This document shows positions 20,928 through 31,224 of a stretch of 64,000 nt of DNA, piece after piece; within the stretch, counting starts at the first letter, position 1; each line of letters starts with the position of its first letter. Origin of the DNA: Spirochaetota bacterium (GTDB lineage: Bacteria; Spirochaetota; GWE2-31-10; MWDO01); contig JAVBQL010000018.1 of assembly GCA_031549085.1 (NCBI GenBank), positions 13,917-77,916 of the forward strand. Reading direction: 5' to 3'. The notes beneath the pieces were generated by a model. It did no database searches and had not been told where the DNA came from. It saw nothing but the letters and a program-made list of their open reading frames with translations. A program made the position numbers and the translations under genes.

Positions 20928-21359
20928 ATGAACATAGGTCTACTTAATGGTCCAAATCTAAATATGCTTAGTATCAGAGAGCCATCTATTTATGGCCAAG
21001 CAACTCTTAATGAGATAACTCAAAGACTGGAAGAGATGGCAAAGCCACATAAGATTATTTCGTTTCAATCTAACATCGAAGGTGAGCTTATAGATTTTTT
21101 ACAGAAGGCAAAACGAAATAATCTTGAATATATAATATTTAATGCAGCCGCCTATTCGCACAGCTCCATAGCATTAAGAGATGCAGTCTCACTATCAAGT
21201 GCTAAAGTCATAGAGGTTCACATGTCAAATGTCTATGCAAGAGAGGAGTTCCGTCACCACTCTGTAATATCTGCTGTATGTATTGGTAGTATATCTGGTT
21301 TTGGAGAGCATAGCTACTATATTGCTCTTCAATATATCCTAAACAAATTGTCTATTTAA
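20928..21359 (+). CDS. aroQ: 3-dehydroquinate dehydratase, type II
   Basis: MNIGLLNGPNLNMLSIREPSIYG... with strong RBS GAAGGAGG 8 nt upstream. The ORF-track start at 20877 is probably too early. Confidence 0.8.
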   Translation: MNIGLLNGPNLNMLSIREPSIYGQATLNEITQRLEEMAKPHKIISFQSNIEGELIDFLQKAKRNNLEYIIFNAAAYSHSSIALRDAVSLSSAKVIEVHMSNVYAREEFRHHSVISAVCIGSISGFGEHSYYIALQYILNKLSI

Positions 21360-21408
21360 ATTTAAAAAAAATGCTATACAATTAAAAATAACTATTTTAG
21401 GAGATTTT

Positions 21409-21942
21409 ATGTTGAGAGATAAGTTTGTTTTAACAATCTATGGAGATGATAATGTTGGTAAAACTACTACAATTATTGAGTTATTCAAATCAATAATTTC
21501 AGCTTTTATAGATAATATAGAAATTGTAGAAAGTTATAGTTACTATACTGGTAGGCAAGATGGAGTATATAAACAAGATGAATTATTAAAACTATTAAAG
21601 TCTACACGAATAGGAGAGGGGGGAAAACCGCTAGATATTCTTTATATTATTTATTTATCCAATGGTGGGATTATTGGAATTAGAAGTATGGGAGATCCTT
21701 CAAAAAATCTTAAAGGTGGTTTGGAATTTCTAATAGAGAAAAAATGCAATATAATAATATGTGCACATAGAGAACATCTTATGGGTAGTGGGACAGTTTT
21801 ATCTCAAAATGGTTATTCAATATATAAAGAAGAGAAAATAAAATTTGATGAACATGAGAAAGAGGAGAAGAATAAACAATTTATTGAAGATATCTTAAAA
21901 AAATACTTAGATGGATGGATTAATAAGTTAATAGAAAATTAA
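21409..21942 (+). CDS. small stand-alone P-loop NTPase, unknown function
   Basis: Walker A GDDNVGKTT at residues 11-19 and a hydrophobic strand ending IIICAH. 177 aa. Confidence 0.45.
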   Translation: MLRDKFVLTIYGDDNVGKTTTIIELFKSIISAFIDNIEIVESYSYYTGRQDGVYKQDELLKLLKSTRIGEGGKPLDILYIIYLSNGGIIGIRSMGDPSKNLKGGLEFLIEKKCNIIICAHREHLMGSGTVLSQNGYSIYKEEKIKFDEHEKEEKNKQFIEDILKKYLDGWINKLIEN

Positions 21943-22044
21943 GAGCAACTATTTGAATAATTCAGATTTGTTACTCAATAAATTATCTAAATAAAATTGT
22001 CTTTTTTATAAGCTTGTAATATAATATCCTTATAGGATAGATAT

Positions 22045-24036
22045 ATGAAAAAATTTGAAGTACACTCCAATTTTGATCCCTCTGGAGATCAAGCTGTTGC
22101 TATAGAAAAACTCTCATCAAACCTTATTAAAGGTATGGAGAATCAAACTCTTCTTGGTGTTACTGGTTCTGGAAAGACCTTTACTATGGCAAAGGTTATT
22201 GAAAAGATAAATAAACCAACCCTTATAATATCTCATAATAAGACTCTATCAGCACAGTTGTACCGTGAGTTTTGTGATTTCTTTCCAAATAATGCTGTTG
22301 AATACTTTGTAAGCTACTATGACTACTATCAGCCTGAAGCATATGTGCCTTCGAAAGATCTCTATATAGAGAAGGATGCCTCTATAAATGATGAGATTGA
22401 TATGATGCGCCTCTCTGCAACAAGCTCTCTTTTAGAGAGAAATGATGTAATTGTTGTTGCAACTGTATCCTGTATATATGGACTTGGAAGTCCAACAACA
22501 TATAGAAATATGAGTATCAATCTTGAAGTTGGTGCTAATTATGGCAGAGAGCAGCTAATATTGGATCTGGTTAGGATACTCTATGAGAGAGATGATAATA
22601 TTTTTGATAGATCAAGATTTCGTGTTAGAGGAGATATAATAGATATTTTTCCAGCATATGTGAAAACAGGAATACGTGTTGAGTTCTTTGGTGAAACAAT
22701 AGAGTCAATAAAGAGGTTTGATATATTAAATAATTCTGTAACTGAAAACATTAACAAAATAACAATTTTTCCTGCAAAGCACTTTGTCTCTGGACGAGAT
22801 GCCATTCTTAAAGTTGTACCAGAGATAAAAAAAGATCTTGAAGTTAGAGTAGGTGAACTGATAAAAGAGGGAAAGGATCTTGAAGCAAAGCGGCTTAAAA
22901 CCAAGATAGAGTATGATATTGATATGATGCTTGAGGTTGGCTACTGCAAGGGAATAGAGAACTACTCAAGATATTTTGATGGAAGAAAAGTTGGGGCTAA
23001 GCCCTCTACACTTCTAAACTTTTTTCCCAAAGATTTTTTACTATTTATTGATGAGTCTCATGTTACAATTCCACAGATTGGCGGGATGTATGAGGGGGAT
23101 AAGGCTAGAAAAAGTACATTGGTAGAGTATGGTTTTAGGTTATCATCAGCACTGGATAATAGACCACTATTTTTTGAAGAGTTTACTGCAATGCTTAATC
23201 AAACGGTCTTTGTTTCGGCAACTCCTAGAGAGTATGAACTTGGAAAAAGCGGAGCTATTGTTGAGCAAATTATTAGACCAACTGGTTTAATAGATCCTGA
23301 AATTATTGTAAAACCTACAGAGAGACAGATGGATGATCTCTTGAATGAGATATCAGTTGTTGTTGATAGGGGAGAGAGGGTTTTGGTAACCACCCTAACA
23401 AAGAGGATGGCAGAAGATTTAGCGGACTTCCTATCACAAAAGGGTGTAAATGTTAGGTATCTTCACTCTGATATTGAGACAATTGAGAGAGTTGAAATCC
23501 TTCAGGAGCTTCGAGAGGGTGTAATTGATGTACTTATTGGAATAAACCTCTTAAGAGAGGGGCTTGATCTACCTGAGGTATCTTTGGTTGCTATACTTGA
23601 TGCTGATAAGATAGGTTTTTTAAGATCAACAACATCTTTGATACAGACCATTGGGCGTGCAGCTCGTAATGTTAATGGTAAAGTTATTATGTATGCTGAC
23701 CGTTTTAGTGACGCTATGAAGGTTGCCATAACAGAGACAAAAAGACGCCGTGCTCTTCAAAGAGATTATAATGAAAAACATGGTATCACACCAAAGAGTA
23801 TAGAGAAAAAGCTCTCTGTTATGCTTGAGAGACAGAAAAAGCTTGAAATTCAAGAGGAAGAGCATGAAATGGCAGAGATGAAAACAAAGTTCAACCTACT
23901 CGATACTAAAGCTCGAGAAGAGTATGTAAAGATATTAAGAAAAAAGATGCTTGAAGCAGCAGAATCTTTGGAGTTTGAGAAAGCAACAGTATTAAGAGAT
24001 GAGATAAGAAAAATAGAGAAAGGAGATATTTCATAA
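22045..24036 (+). CDS. uvrB: excinuclease ABC subunit B
   Basis: Walker A GVTGSGKTFT, helicase motifs, beta-hairpin region, C-terminal UVR domain (ATVLRDEIRKIE). Confidence 0.9.
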   Translation: MKKFEVHSNFDPSGDQAVAIEKLSSNLIKGMENQTLLGVTGSGKTFTMAKVIEKINKPTLIISHNKTLSAQLYREFCDFFPNNAVEYFVSYYDYYQPEAYVPSKDLYIEKDASINDEIDMMRLSATSSLLERNDVIVVATVSCIYGLGSPTTYRNMSINLEVGANYGREQLILDLVRILYERDDNIFDRSRFRVRGDIIDIFPAYVKTGIRVEFFGETIESIKRFDILNNSVTENINKITIFPAKHFVSGRDAILKVVPEIKKDLEVRVGELIKEGKDLEAKRLKTKIEYDIDMMLEVGYCKGIENYSRYFDGRKVGAKPSTLLNFFPKDFLLFIDESHVTIPQIGGMYEGDKARKSTLVEYGFRLSSALDNRPLFFEEFTAMLNQTVFVSATPREYELGKSGAIVEQIIRPTGLIDPEIIVKPTERQMDDLLNEISVVVDRGERVLVTTLTKRMAEDLADFLSQKGVNVRYLHSDIETIERVEILQELREGVIDVLIGINLLREGLDLPEVSLVAILDADKIGFLRSTTSLIQTIGRAARNVNGKVIMYADRFSDAMKVAITETKRRRALQRDYNEKHGITPKSIEKKLSVMLERQKKLEIQEEEHEMAEMKTKFNLLDTKAREEYVKILRKKMLEAAESLEFEKATVLRDEIRKIEKGDIS

Positions 24037-24272
24037 AGTTAATTTAGAGTGTGGAGGGCTTATTCAAGATTTTGTATTGTTGGAATGAAAAAGTCATTTT
24101 TTTGTTAGATTTTTCTTGTTTACAAGCAAAATTGAGATGCTAATATCTCTTTTATGTACAATATTTTTCAAAAAGGACGTGGTTAATAAAAAAACAAAAA
24201 AAATTATTGATTTTTTTTTAAATATAATGTTATAGTTATTATTTGTATAGGTAAATTTGGGGGAGGGTACAA

Positions 24273-24977
24273 GTGATAAAAAAAGAAATTTCTAAAAAGC
24301 TTAATGAAGCAATAAACCTGTTTAACAGGCGTAAAAATCTTGAAGCTGAGCAGGCTTTTCTTCAAGTCTTGAAAAAAGATCCAAATAATCCAGAAGCAAA
24401 TTACTATCTTGGTCTCACATATACAAAAGAGAACCTCTATCCAAAAGCTGTCTACCATTTAAAAGCAGTTATAGATCTTAATGTAAATTTTCTATTTACT
24501 CAGCAATGCAGAATGATATTGGGCTATATCTATTATAAAAGCGGAAGTTACAGCGAAGCTTGTGATTTTTTCTTGCTGGTGCTTGATTCAAAAATGGAGG
24601 TTTTGCAGGCATCATCTGCCATATCCGCTGTATACTATAATATGGGAGATAGAGAAAATGCCCTTCACTATGCAGAAAAGGCATACAATATGGATAAGTA
24701 TAACTTTAATGCCAGAAATACATATGGGTTTCTACTCTGTGATTATGAAATTGATATACAAAAAGGGTTTGATATTTTGAAAGAATTGGTTCGTTTAAAG
24801 CCAAATAATCCTGCATATCTTGACTCATTAGGGTGGGCCTATTACAAAAAAGGTGATATAAAAGAGGCTATGTCACATCTTGAACTCGCAATAAAAAATG
24901 GGAAAAACAACTGTATAGAGGCAAGAGAACATATTAAAATAATAGCTAAAAAACACAAAATACCTATTAATGTTTAG
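24273..24977 (+). CDS. TPR-repeat protein (GTG start)
   Basis: Multiple 34-aa TPR-like units (AEQAFLQVLKKDPNNPEANYYLGLTY...). Confidence 0.55.
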   Translation: MIKKEISKKLNEAINLFNRRKNLEAEQAFLQVLKKDPNNPEANYYLGLTYTKENLYPKAVYHLKAVIDLNVNFLFTQQCRMILGYIYYKSGSYSEACDFFLLVLDSKMEVLQASSAISAVYYNMGDRENALHYAEKAYNMDKYNFNARNTYGFLLCDYEIDIQKGFDILKELVRLKPNNPAYLDSLGWAYYKKGDIKEAMSHLELAIKNGKNNCIEAREHIKIIAKKHKIPINV

Positions 24978-24986
24978 GGGCAGATT

Positions 24987-27035
24987 TTGAAAAAACTTCT
25001 TTTTTCTTTTTTCTTTTTTCTTTTTATTACTAATCTTTTCTCGTTAGATCTAGATGAAATTGATTTGCCATATGAATACTCTATGGATGAGTTTGAAAAG
25101 GGGATTAGATCTTTTCATAATGCTGAATATGAGCTCTCTATCAACTATTTTGTGAAATCACTTAAGTTCGATAATAACAATAATAAGGCAAGATATTTTC
25201 TTGGAGAGGCATACAGAAAAGGTGGATATGAGGCAAATACACTGTTTGTATGGAACACTCTTCTTGCTATGGGCTACAATGAGAGGTTTATTAAAAATAA
25301 GGTGACAACGCTCTATAATAAGAGAGGAATGTTATCAAATATTCATATAGATAAAGACTATATCTTAAGAGAGGATATAAAAGGTTTTTATGATGACAAA
25401 TCGTATCCGCTCTTTTTAAGACCAACCCAAATAGCAATTGATTCCAACAACCACTACTATATTGCATCTTTTTCTACAGGGGCTGTTGTTGAGCTTGATT
25501 ACAATCTTAACCATGTGAAAAATCATACAATTATGTTTTCAAGTAGCAAAATAGAGGAGCCTTATGGGGTTGCTGTAAATAAAAAAGGAACTATTTTTAT
25601 ATCTGACTACAAAAGTAATGTAGTATATAAATTGAATAGAAGTGGAATTCTTGAAGCAACTATTGGTTTTACTGGAATAGGCAATGGTGGTGCAATGCTT
25701 GGACCGAAAAACCTTCTTATAGATGATGATGATAATTTGTATGTTAATGATAGCGGTAACAAGAGGATAAATAAGTATCGTGATAATGGCGAGTTCTTGT
25801 TCTCTTTTGGTCGTGCAACAAATAATGTTGAAGGGTTGATTTCTCCTGCTGGAATGTTTTTTAATAATGGTATGATCTATGTTGTAGACAGAGATACAAA
25901 CAAGATTCTTATTTTTGATAAAAATGGCAACAAGCTTGATAGCTTTGGAGAGGAGTATCTTGACAAGCCATATGATATAACTATGGATAATCTTGGTCGT
26001 TTTTTGATTGTTTGTAAAGATAAGCTTTGGGCTTATGAAGAGAATAACAATCTTTGGTATCAAATTGATGCTGTTGGAAGAAGATTAAAGAGAGGTATGT
26101 CTATAATATCTGATAAAGATTCTAATATACTTCTAACAGATTTTGATACCTCAAGATTAATGGTTCTCTCTCTTGAAAGAGAGAGATATGCAAATCTTAA
26201 TGTTAATATTGAGCGTATTTTTTCAAATAAATATCCCGATGTTCATGTTGCTGTCTCTGTGGAGAAAGATGATGGTAGTGCAATAACCAATATCAACAAC
26301 CAAAATCTTGCAATATATGAAAATGGCAAATTGGTTCCAATTATAGGAACGGGTTATACAGAACTTAAGAATAGAAATAGTGATATTGCTATAGTGTATG
26401 ATAGATCAAATAGAATGGTACAAAATACACCTGAGTTTAAAAAGGTTTTGGAGAGCTGGCTTGTGAATGCCTCTCCATCAACATCATTCTCTTTTGTATC
26501 ATCTCATATGAACAATGCTGTTCTTGAGAGTGATTTTAATGCTTCAAGGCTATCTTTGCTTGATTCGCTTGACTCAAAGTATAGTGTTGAGTATACTGAT
26601 ATAGGAGATGCTATAAAGTATGCAACCTATAACATGCTGAATCGCTTTTCTAAGAAGTCTATTATCCTTGTAACTGATGGATATGAGACAGGTAAGGATT
26701 TTGAGAAGTTTAGATTAAGTGACTGTGTGGAGCTTGCAAGAAATAATGATGTGAAAATTTATATTTTATCTTTTGGTGATGGCCCTTTAACAGATATGTA
26801 CAAGTATATGGCTAACAAAACTGGTGGGGACTACTATAGAATGTATAAAAGACAAGATATTTTTTCTCTAGTGGATAAAATAGAGAAATCAAAAGGGAAT
26901 GAATTTGTTATATCATATATATCAAGAGCAAAATCTCGTTTTGGTAAAGAGCCTATTAATGTCTATCTTGAGGTTCACTCAAGCGGTATGAGAGGGATTG
27001 CAGATTCAGTTTATTATCCAAGCAATAATTTTTAG
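24987..27035 (+). CDS. secreted NHL-repeat beta-propeller protein with C-terminal vWA domain (TTG start)
   Basis: Signal peptide, then NHL-like repeats (YIASFSTGAVVELD, GVAVNKKGTIFISDYKSNVVYKL, LYVNDSGNKRINKY, IYVVDRDTNKILIFD). C-terminal vWA-like DIAIVYDRSNRM...SIILVTDGYETG. Confidence 0.5.
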   Translation: MKKLLFSFFFFLFITNLFSLDLDEIDLPYEYSMDEFEKGIRSFHNAEYELSINYFVKSLKFDNNNNKARYFLGEAYRKGGYEANTLFVWNTLLAMGYNERFIKNKVTTLYNKRGMLSNIHIDKDYILREDIKGFYDDKSYPLFLRPTQIAIDSNNHYYIASFSTGAVVELDYNLNHVKNHTIMFSSSKIEEPYGVAVNKKGTIFISDYKSNVVYKLNRSGILEATIGFTGIGNGGAMLGPKNLLIDDDDNLYVNDSGNKRINKYRDNGEFLFSFGRATNNVEGLISPAGMFFNNGMIYVVDRDTNKILIFDKNGNKLDSFGEEYLDKPYDITMDNLGRFLIVCKDKLWAYEENNNLWYQIDAVGRRLKRGMSIISDKDSNILLTDFDTSRLMVLSLERERYANLNVNIERIFSNKYPDVHVAVSVEKDDGSAITNINNQNLAIYENGKLVPIIGTGYTELKNRNSDIAIVYDRSNRMVQNTPEFKKVLESWLVNASPSTSFSFVSSHMNNAVLESDFNASRLSLLDSLDSKYSVEYTDIGDAIKYATYNMLNRFSKKSIILVTDGYETGKDFEKFRLSDCVELARNNDVKIYILSFGDGPLTDMYKYMANKTGGDYYRMYKRQDIFSLVDKIEKSKGNEFVISYISRAKSRFGKEPINVYLEVHSSGMRGIADSVYYPSNNF

Positions 27036-27073
27036 ATTTTTTTGTATGAACTTTATTTTAAGAGTTTAATTTT

Positions 27074-28261
27074 ATGGATATTAAAAAAGGTATTATCTCT
27101 GTTTTTTTAATTTTATTTCTCTTAAGCTGCTCTCTTTTTGAGAAAAAAGATCTCAAAATTATACAAAAAAATGGTGTAGAGCGTCCCAAGAAAGTTGCTA
27201 GCAATGGTTCTACTATAGAGAGACCTGATGATAAAGATAAGGAAGAGGATTTAACTCTTGTTACTTTTTCATTTTCTAATGCGAGCGATAAGGCTATTCT
27301 TACATCAAAAAATATCTATAAAACATGCTACGAGTTCTCTTTTAGATTTATTTATAAGAGCGGTTTTAAGGTAAATTATAAAATATTTGATGAGAATAAA
27401 AATCTTCTTTTTCAAGTAGATGATGAAAAAGCAAAATTAATAGATTATGACAATGATATTTATGAGATAAAAAATAGTTTTTATGATCATACATTGCATA
27501 ACTATTTTGGATTTACAATAGATACTAAAATTGAAAATAGGAATATAGATTTTGCAGGAGATTTTATATTGAAAGATCTTCCTGTTTTAGAAAGTCTAAA
27601 TGTTGGTCCCTTTATCTCTACATTTAATCCTAATTCTAAATCTAGCCAAACTTTATTAAAGCTACATTTCACTATTCTTAATTCAACGCTTCCAGTATGG
27701 GCACGTCTAATTCCACCAACAGCCGATTTTTTCTGGAATTTAGAATCAAAACAGATGCACAACAACGTTTTTGTCTCTGGAACTATAACTGATGATAAAC
27801 ATTCAGATTATCTTTTGAATGGAGAATATATTTTGCAGCTTAATTTTGGTAAAATAGGCATGGTTGAGAAAGCAATAGAGGTTGTAGATGTATTTAATAA
27901 TAAAAAGGGGCCAAATTATGGCTTGCCTATTGCAATGGAAGAGAGTAATGATAAAAATTTCATAAAAATAAGTATAACAAGAATGGATAAGATCAACCAT
28001 TTAAATTTAATCTTATATGAAAAAAATGGTAATAATTATAAAAAATTGGGAACAGCACACATTTTGAATAATTTTGATAAGATATCTAAGAAAGATATTT
28101 TTAATACCTTTGAAGATGATACAGGTAATAAGGTGGTTTTGCAGCATAATAAAAAATATTATTATCAAATATCTTTACACTCAAAACCAGCTGACATTGA
28201 GTATGTTTCCCTCTCACTATATTTTCCTATAACATTTGCTGGTTTTGGTTTTTTTGATTAG
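27074..28261 (+). CDS. lipoprotein, unknown function
   Basis: Signal peptide with lipobox LLSCS. Confidence 0.4.
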   Translation: MDIKKGIISVFLILFLLSCSLFEKKDLKIIQKNGVERPKKVASNGSTIERPDDKDKEEDLTLVTFSFSNASDKAILTSKNIYKTCYEFSFRFIYKSGFKVNYKIFDENKNLLFQVDDEKAKLIDYDNDIYEIKNSFYDHTLHNYFGFTIDTKIENRNIDFAGDFILKDLPVLESLNVGPFISTFNPNSKSSQTLLKLHFTILNSTLPVWARLIPPTADFFWNLESKQMHNNVFVSGTITDDKHSDYLLNGEYILQLNFGKIGMVEKAIEVVDVFNNKKGPNYGLPIAMEESNDKNFIKISITRMDKINHLNLILYEKNGNNYKKLGTAHILNNFDKISKKDIFNTFEDDTGNKVVLQHNKKYYYQISLHSKPADIEYVSLSLYFPITFAGFGFFD

Positions 28262-29403
28262 TCTTTAAATAATTCATCTATTGTAAGAAAAGTGCGTGGA
28301 TCTATTGGTACTCCATATATACGGCTTCCCCAATCGAGATGAGGTCCTGTGGCAGCTCCAGTTGCTCCCATTCTTGCTATTAAATCACCTTTTTTAACAA
28401 ATTGCCCAACTTCAACTACTATCTCATTTAAATGGTTGTAATCAGTGAATAGTGAGTGTCCATGATCTATTATTATCATATTTCCAAAATACTCAACATT
28501 AAGTCCTGTAAGCCTAACTATACCATCAGCAGGAGCATATACATTATCCCCCATAACCCCAGGGAAATCAATACCTAGATGCATACTTTTTGAGTTTATT
28601 GTGCCATCAGATAGTATCCACTCTCTTATTAACCCAAAGTCAGATGATACTATCTCATAGTTACTTACAGGATATGCGAAACCAGATTTAAAAAATGGAT
28701 TTTCACTATTTTCATCCCAAATAGCATATCTTTCAGCACGTTCTCTCTCATATTTTTTTCTATCAACTGTTGAAAGCTCTTTCGATTTAGCTTTACTAAA
28801 TTTTATAGTCTGTTTTTTCCATTCTACAGATTCTATATCAATACTTTTTTGTATTTTACAAATTGTACTATTATTATTTGATATCTCTGTGTAGACCTCA
28901 ATTTTTTTATCGAGCCATAGTGGGCTATATGGTATAAAAAAACCATAATAGGTATACTCTTTTCCCACAAAAAGTTTATTAAGAGTAGGGGTAAGGGTAA
29001 GGTTTTGATCTAAATAATATATTTTTGTTGTTGCTTCGAATGAATTTATATTATTTGGAATTTTTAATCTAAAATAGTTTGCTTTTCCCCATACATTATT
29101 CAAAAAAAAACCAGCATCAATATTATATTTACCATTTTTTTTATCAGAGTGAAAAATCATTCCATATTTAAAATCAACTTTTCCGTTGTTTATCTCTATT
29201 TCTGTATTTGGGTATATTTTTATAAAATTATTTTTATCAATTTTGTATATAATGCTATTATTTTCATCAGTTTTTATTTTTGATATAGCACTATCTTCTA
29301 AATATTTTGTAGTGTGTTTTGAAATCTTTTTATCAATTGAATTAGATAGGAGTATGCTTAATGCTGATAAAAGAAATATAATCGAAAATATTGTTTTTTT
29401 CAT
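28258..29403 (-). CDS. secreted M23-family metallopeptidase
   Basis: Signal peptide and C-terminal M23 motifs (HLGIDFPG...GN.IIIDHGHSLFTDYNHL...GATGAATGPHLDW). Confidence 0.7.
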   Translation of the reverse strand: MKKTIFSIIFLLSALSILLSNSIDKKISKHTTKYLEDSAISKIKTDENNSIIYKIDKNNFIKIYPNTEIEINNGKVDFKYGMIFHSDKKNGKYNIDAGFFLNNVWGKANYFRLKIPNNINSFEATTKIYYLDQNLTLTPTLNKLFVGKEYTYYGFFIPYSPLWLDKKIEVYTEISNNNSTICKIQKSIDIESVEWKKQTIKFSKAKSKELSTVDRKKYERERAERYAIWDENSENPFFKSGFAYPVSNYEIVSSDFGLIREWILSDGTINSKSMHLGIDFPGVMGDNVYAPADGIVRLTGLNVEYFGNMIIIDHGHSLFTDYNHLNEIVVEVGQFVKKGDLIARMGATGAATGPHLDWGSRIYGVPIDPRTFLTIDELFKD

Positions 29404-29542
29404 TTTATTTTACCTAGTAATAAAGATAAGCTAATATTAACAATTGTCAAATTCTTAATATTATATATAATTTTAGAAGGTTTTATTATACAGTAACGGC
29501 TTTTTGTCTATATAAAGTTTAATTATTACTTAAATATTATGT

Positions 29543-29567
29543 AAAAAAAGCCGCCTATAGTGGCGGC
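29543..29567 (-). terminator. intrinsic terminator of the tRNA operon
   Basis: GCCGCC-tatagt-GGCGGC stem followed by T7 on the minus strand, immediately 3' of tRNA-Gly. Confidence 0.65.
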
Positions 29568-29571
29568 TATG

Positions 29572-29643
29572 AGCGAGAAACGGGACTTGAACCCGCGACA
29601 TCCACCTTGGCAAGGTGGCGCTCTACCACTGAGCTATTCTCGC
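29572..29643 (-). tRNA. tRNA-Gly (anticodon GCC)
   Basis: Manually folded cloverleaf: acceptor GCGAGAA/TTCTCGC, anticodon loop TTGCCAA, U73. Confidence 0.8.
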
Positions 29644-29654
29644 GGTTATAAACA

Positions 29655-29736
29655 TGCGAGCGAAGGGACTTGAACCCCCACACCTCTCGGCACTAGATCC
29701 TAAGTCTAGCGTGTCTGCCAATTCCACCACGCTCGC
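29655..29736 (-). tRNA. tRNA-Leu (anticodon TAG), long variable arm
   Basis: Acceptor GCGAGCG/CGCTCGC, anticodon stem CTAGA/TCTAG, loop CTTAGGA, long variable arm, A73. Confidence 0.75.
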
Positions 29737-29747
29737 AAAAAAAACAC

Positions 29748-29820
29748 TGATCCGTAAAGGATTCGAACCTTTGACCCGCAGATTAAGAGTCTGCTGCTCT
29801 ACCAACTGAGCTAACGGACC
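29748..29820 (-). tRNA. tRNA-Lys (anticodon CTT)
   Basis: Acceptor GGTCCGT/ACGGATC (one G-U pair), anticodon stem GCAGA/TCTGC, loop CTCTTAA. Confidence 0.75.
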
Positions 29821-29826
29821 GTTTAA

Positions 29827-29900
29827 CGCGTCCGACAGGACTCGAACCTGCGACCATCGGATTCGAAGTCCGGCACTCTATCCAGCTGAGCTACAGACGC
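29827..29900 (-). tRNA. tRNA-Arg (anticodon TCG)
   Basis: Acceptor GCGTCTG/CGGACGC, anticodon loop CTTCGAA. One mismatch at 27-43. Confidence 0.65.
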
Positions 29901-29908
29901 AATATCTG

Positions 29909-29981
29909 GGTGAATGAAGGGATTCGAACCCTCAACAACCAGAACCACAATCTGGGACTCTACCGTTGAGCTACATCCACC
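29909..29981 (-). tRNA. tRNA-His (anticodon GTG) with encoded G-1
   Basis: Extra 5' G pairs with C73. Anticodon stem CCAGA/TCTGG, loop TTGTGGT. Confidence 0.75.
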
Positions 29982-29990
29982 AAGTTTTTT

Positions 29991-30063
29991 CGCGCCAACC
30001 AGGAATCGAACTTGGGACCCACAGCTTAGAAGGCTGTTGCTCTATCCGCTGAGCTATTGGCGC
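29991..30063 (-). tRNA. tRNA-Arg (anticodon TCT)
   Basis: Acceptor GCGCCAA/TTGGCGC, anticodon stem ACAGC/GCTGT, loop CTTCTAA. Confidence 0.75.
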
Positions 30064-30073
30064 AATCATTTAT

Positions 30074-30149
30074 TCGGGATGGAGGGATTTGAACCCCCGA
30101 TCTTCTGCTCCCAAGGCAGACGCCTTGAACCGGGCTAGGCCACATCCCG
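30074..30149 (-). tRNA. tRNA-Pro (anticodon TGG)
   Basis: Acceptor CGGGATG/CATCCCG, anticodon stem TCTGC/GCAGA, loop CTTGGGA, A73. Confidence 0.75.
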
Positions 30150-30284
30150 TATACTCTTAAACCGTGTAAAGTGATATAACCTTTTATATCAAAAAAGTCA
30201 ATATTTTTCGAAAAACTTTGCCTATTTTTTTTAGTTTTTTGATAAAATAGAAAAAATATTTTTTATATGAAACAACAATAAGAT

Positions 30285-31163
30285 TTATAGTATATATTCT
30301 CCATCAATCTTAACAGTCGCTTTTCCTCCAAAGAGTACCATATGATCTTTCATTGAGAGTTTTATGATATTAAATATTTTATTATCTCCGCCTTGTTCAA
30401 TGGAACAAGCCTCTCCATTCCATAGGCTGCTTTTTAACATATAGTATCCAAAGGCACTGTTTCCAGAACCTGTTGCTGGATCCTCCAAATAACCAAATTT
30501 TGGGGCAAATACTCTTGTGTGTGCAATGCAGTTTTTATTATCTGTCTCTTTAGAAAAAATAAGTATTATGTCAATTCCATCTTTCAGACAAAAATCTTTC
30601 AATTCACTCTCAGTTGGATAGATTGATATCTCATCTTTATATTTATCTATTGGAATGATTAGAGTTTTAAGTCCTGCATCAATAAAAGCCAGATCATATT
30701 TACTTGATATGGTTTTTTCATCTATTTTTAGAACACTTGCACACTCTTTTTTGGTTATTGGAACTTTTAAATATTGTGGCTCTGGAGCTGTTATATAGAT
30801 GGTGTTCTCTCTCTCAATTTCGTTATAGATAGTAAGCAGACCTTTTCTATTTGTCTCTATTACTATTTCCTCTTTTTGAAGTAGTGCGGGACTATTTTTT
30901 ATTAAATCATACATGCTAGCTATTGTTCCATGGCCGCAAAAATCAACTTCGCATTCCGATGAGTAGTAGACTAATTTGCAATCTGCAATTTTTGATTTCA
31001 TAACATAGACAACTTCTGAAACAAAACCTTTGTGCTCTTTAGCAATAGAGAGCATTTCACTTTCTGTTAGTATCTCATTTTCTAAATTGAGATATGCAGC
31101 TGGGTTTCCTAAAGAGGTGCCAGATGTAAATGCATCAATCTTTTTATATTTAAATTTTTTCAT
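30285..31163 (-). CDS. PhzF-family (DAP-epimerase-fold) isomerase
   Basis: About 292 aa with PhzF/YddE-like pattern (KYKKIDAFTSGTSLGNPAAYL at the N-terminus, duplicated half-domains). Confidence 0.65.
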   Translation of the reverse strand: MKKFKYKKIDAFTSGTSLGNPAAYLNLENEILTESEMLSIAKEHKGFVSEVVYVMKSKIADCKLVYYSSECEVDFCGHGTIASMYDLIKNSPALLQKEEIVIETNRKGLLTIYNEIERENTIYITAPEPQYLKVPITKKECASVLKIDEKTISSKYDLAFIDAGLKTLIIPIDKYKDEISIYPTESELKDFCLKDGIDIILIFSKETDNKNCIAHTRVFAPKFGYLEDPATGSGNSAFGYYMLKSSLWNGEACSIEQGGDNKIFNIIKLSMKDHMVLFGGKATVKIDGEYIL

Positions 31164-31224
31164 TTTTTTCCCTTAATATAAAATTATGGAAGTTTTTTTT
31201 TGCTTTATATATAAATTAGTTAGT

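Noticed and set aside
29909-29912. Encoded CCA at the tRNA 3' ends
   Set aside because: None of the seven tRNAs has a templated CCA after the discriminator, so CCA is presumably added post-transcriptionally. Not a feature.
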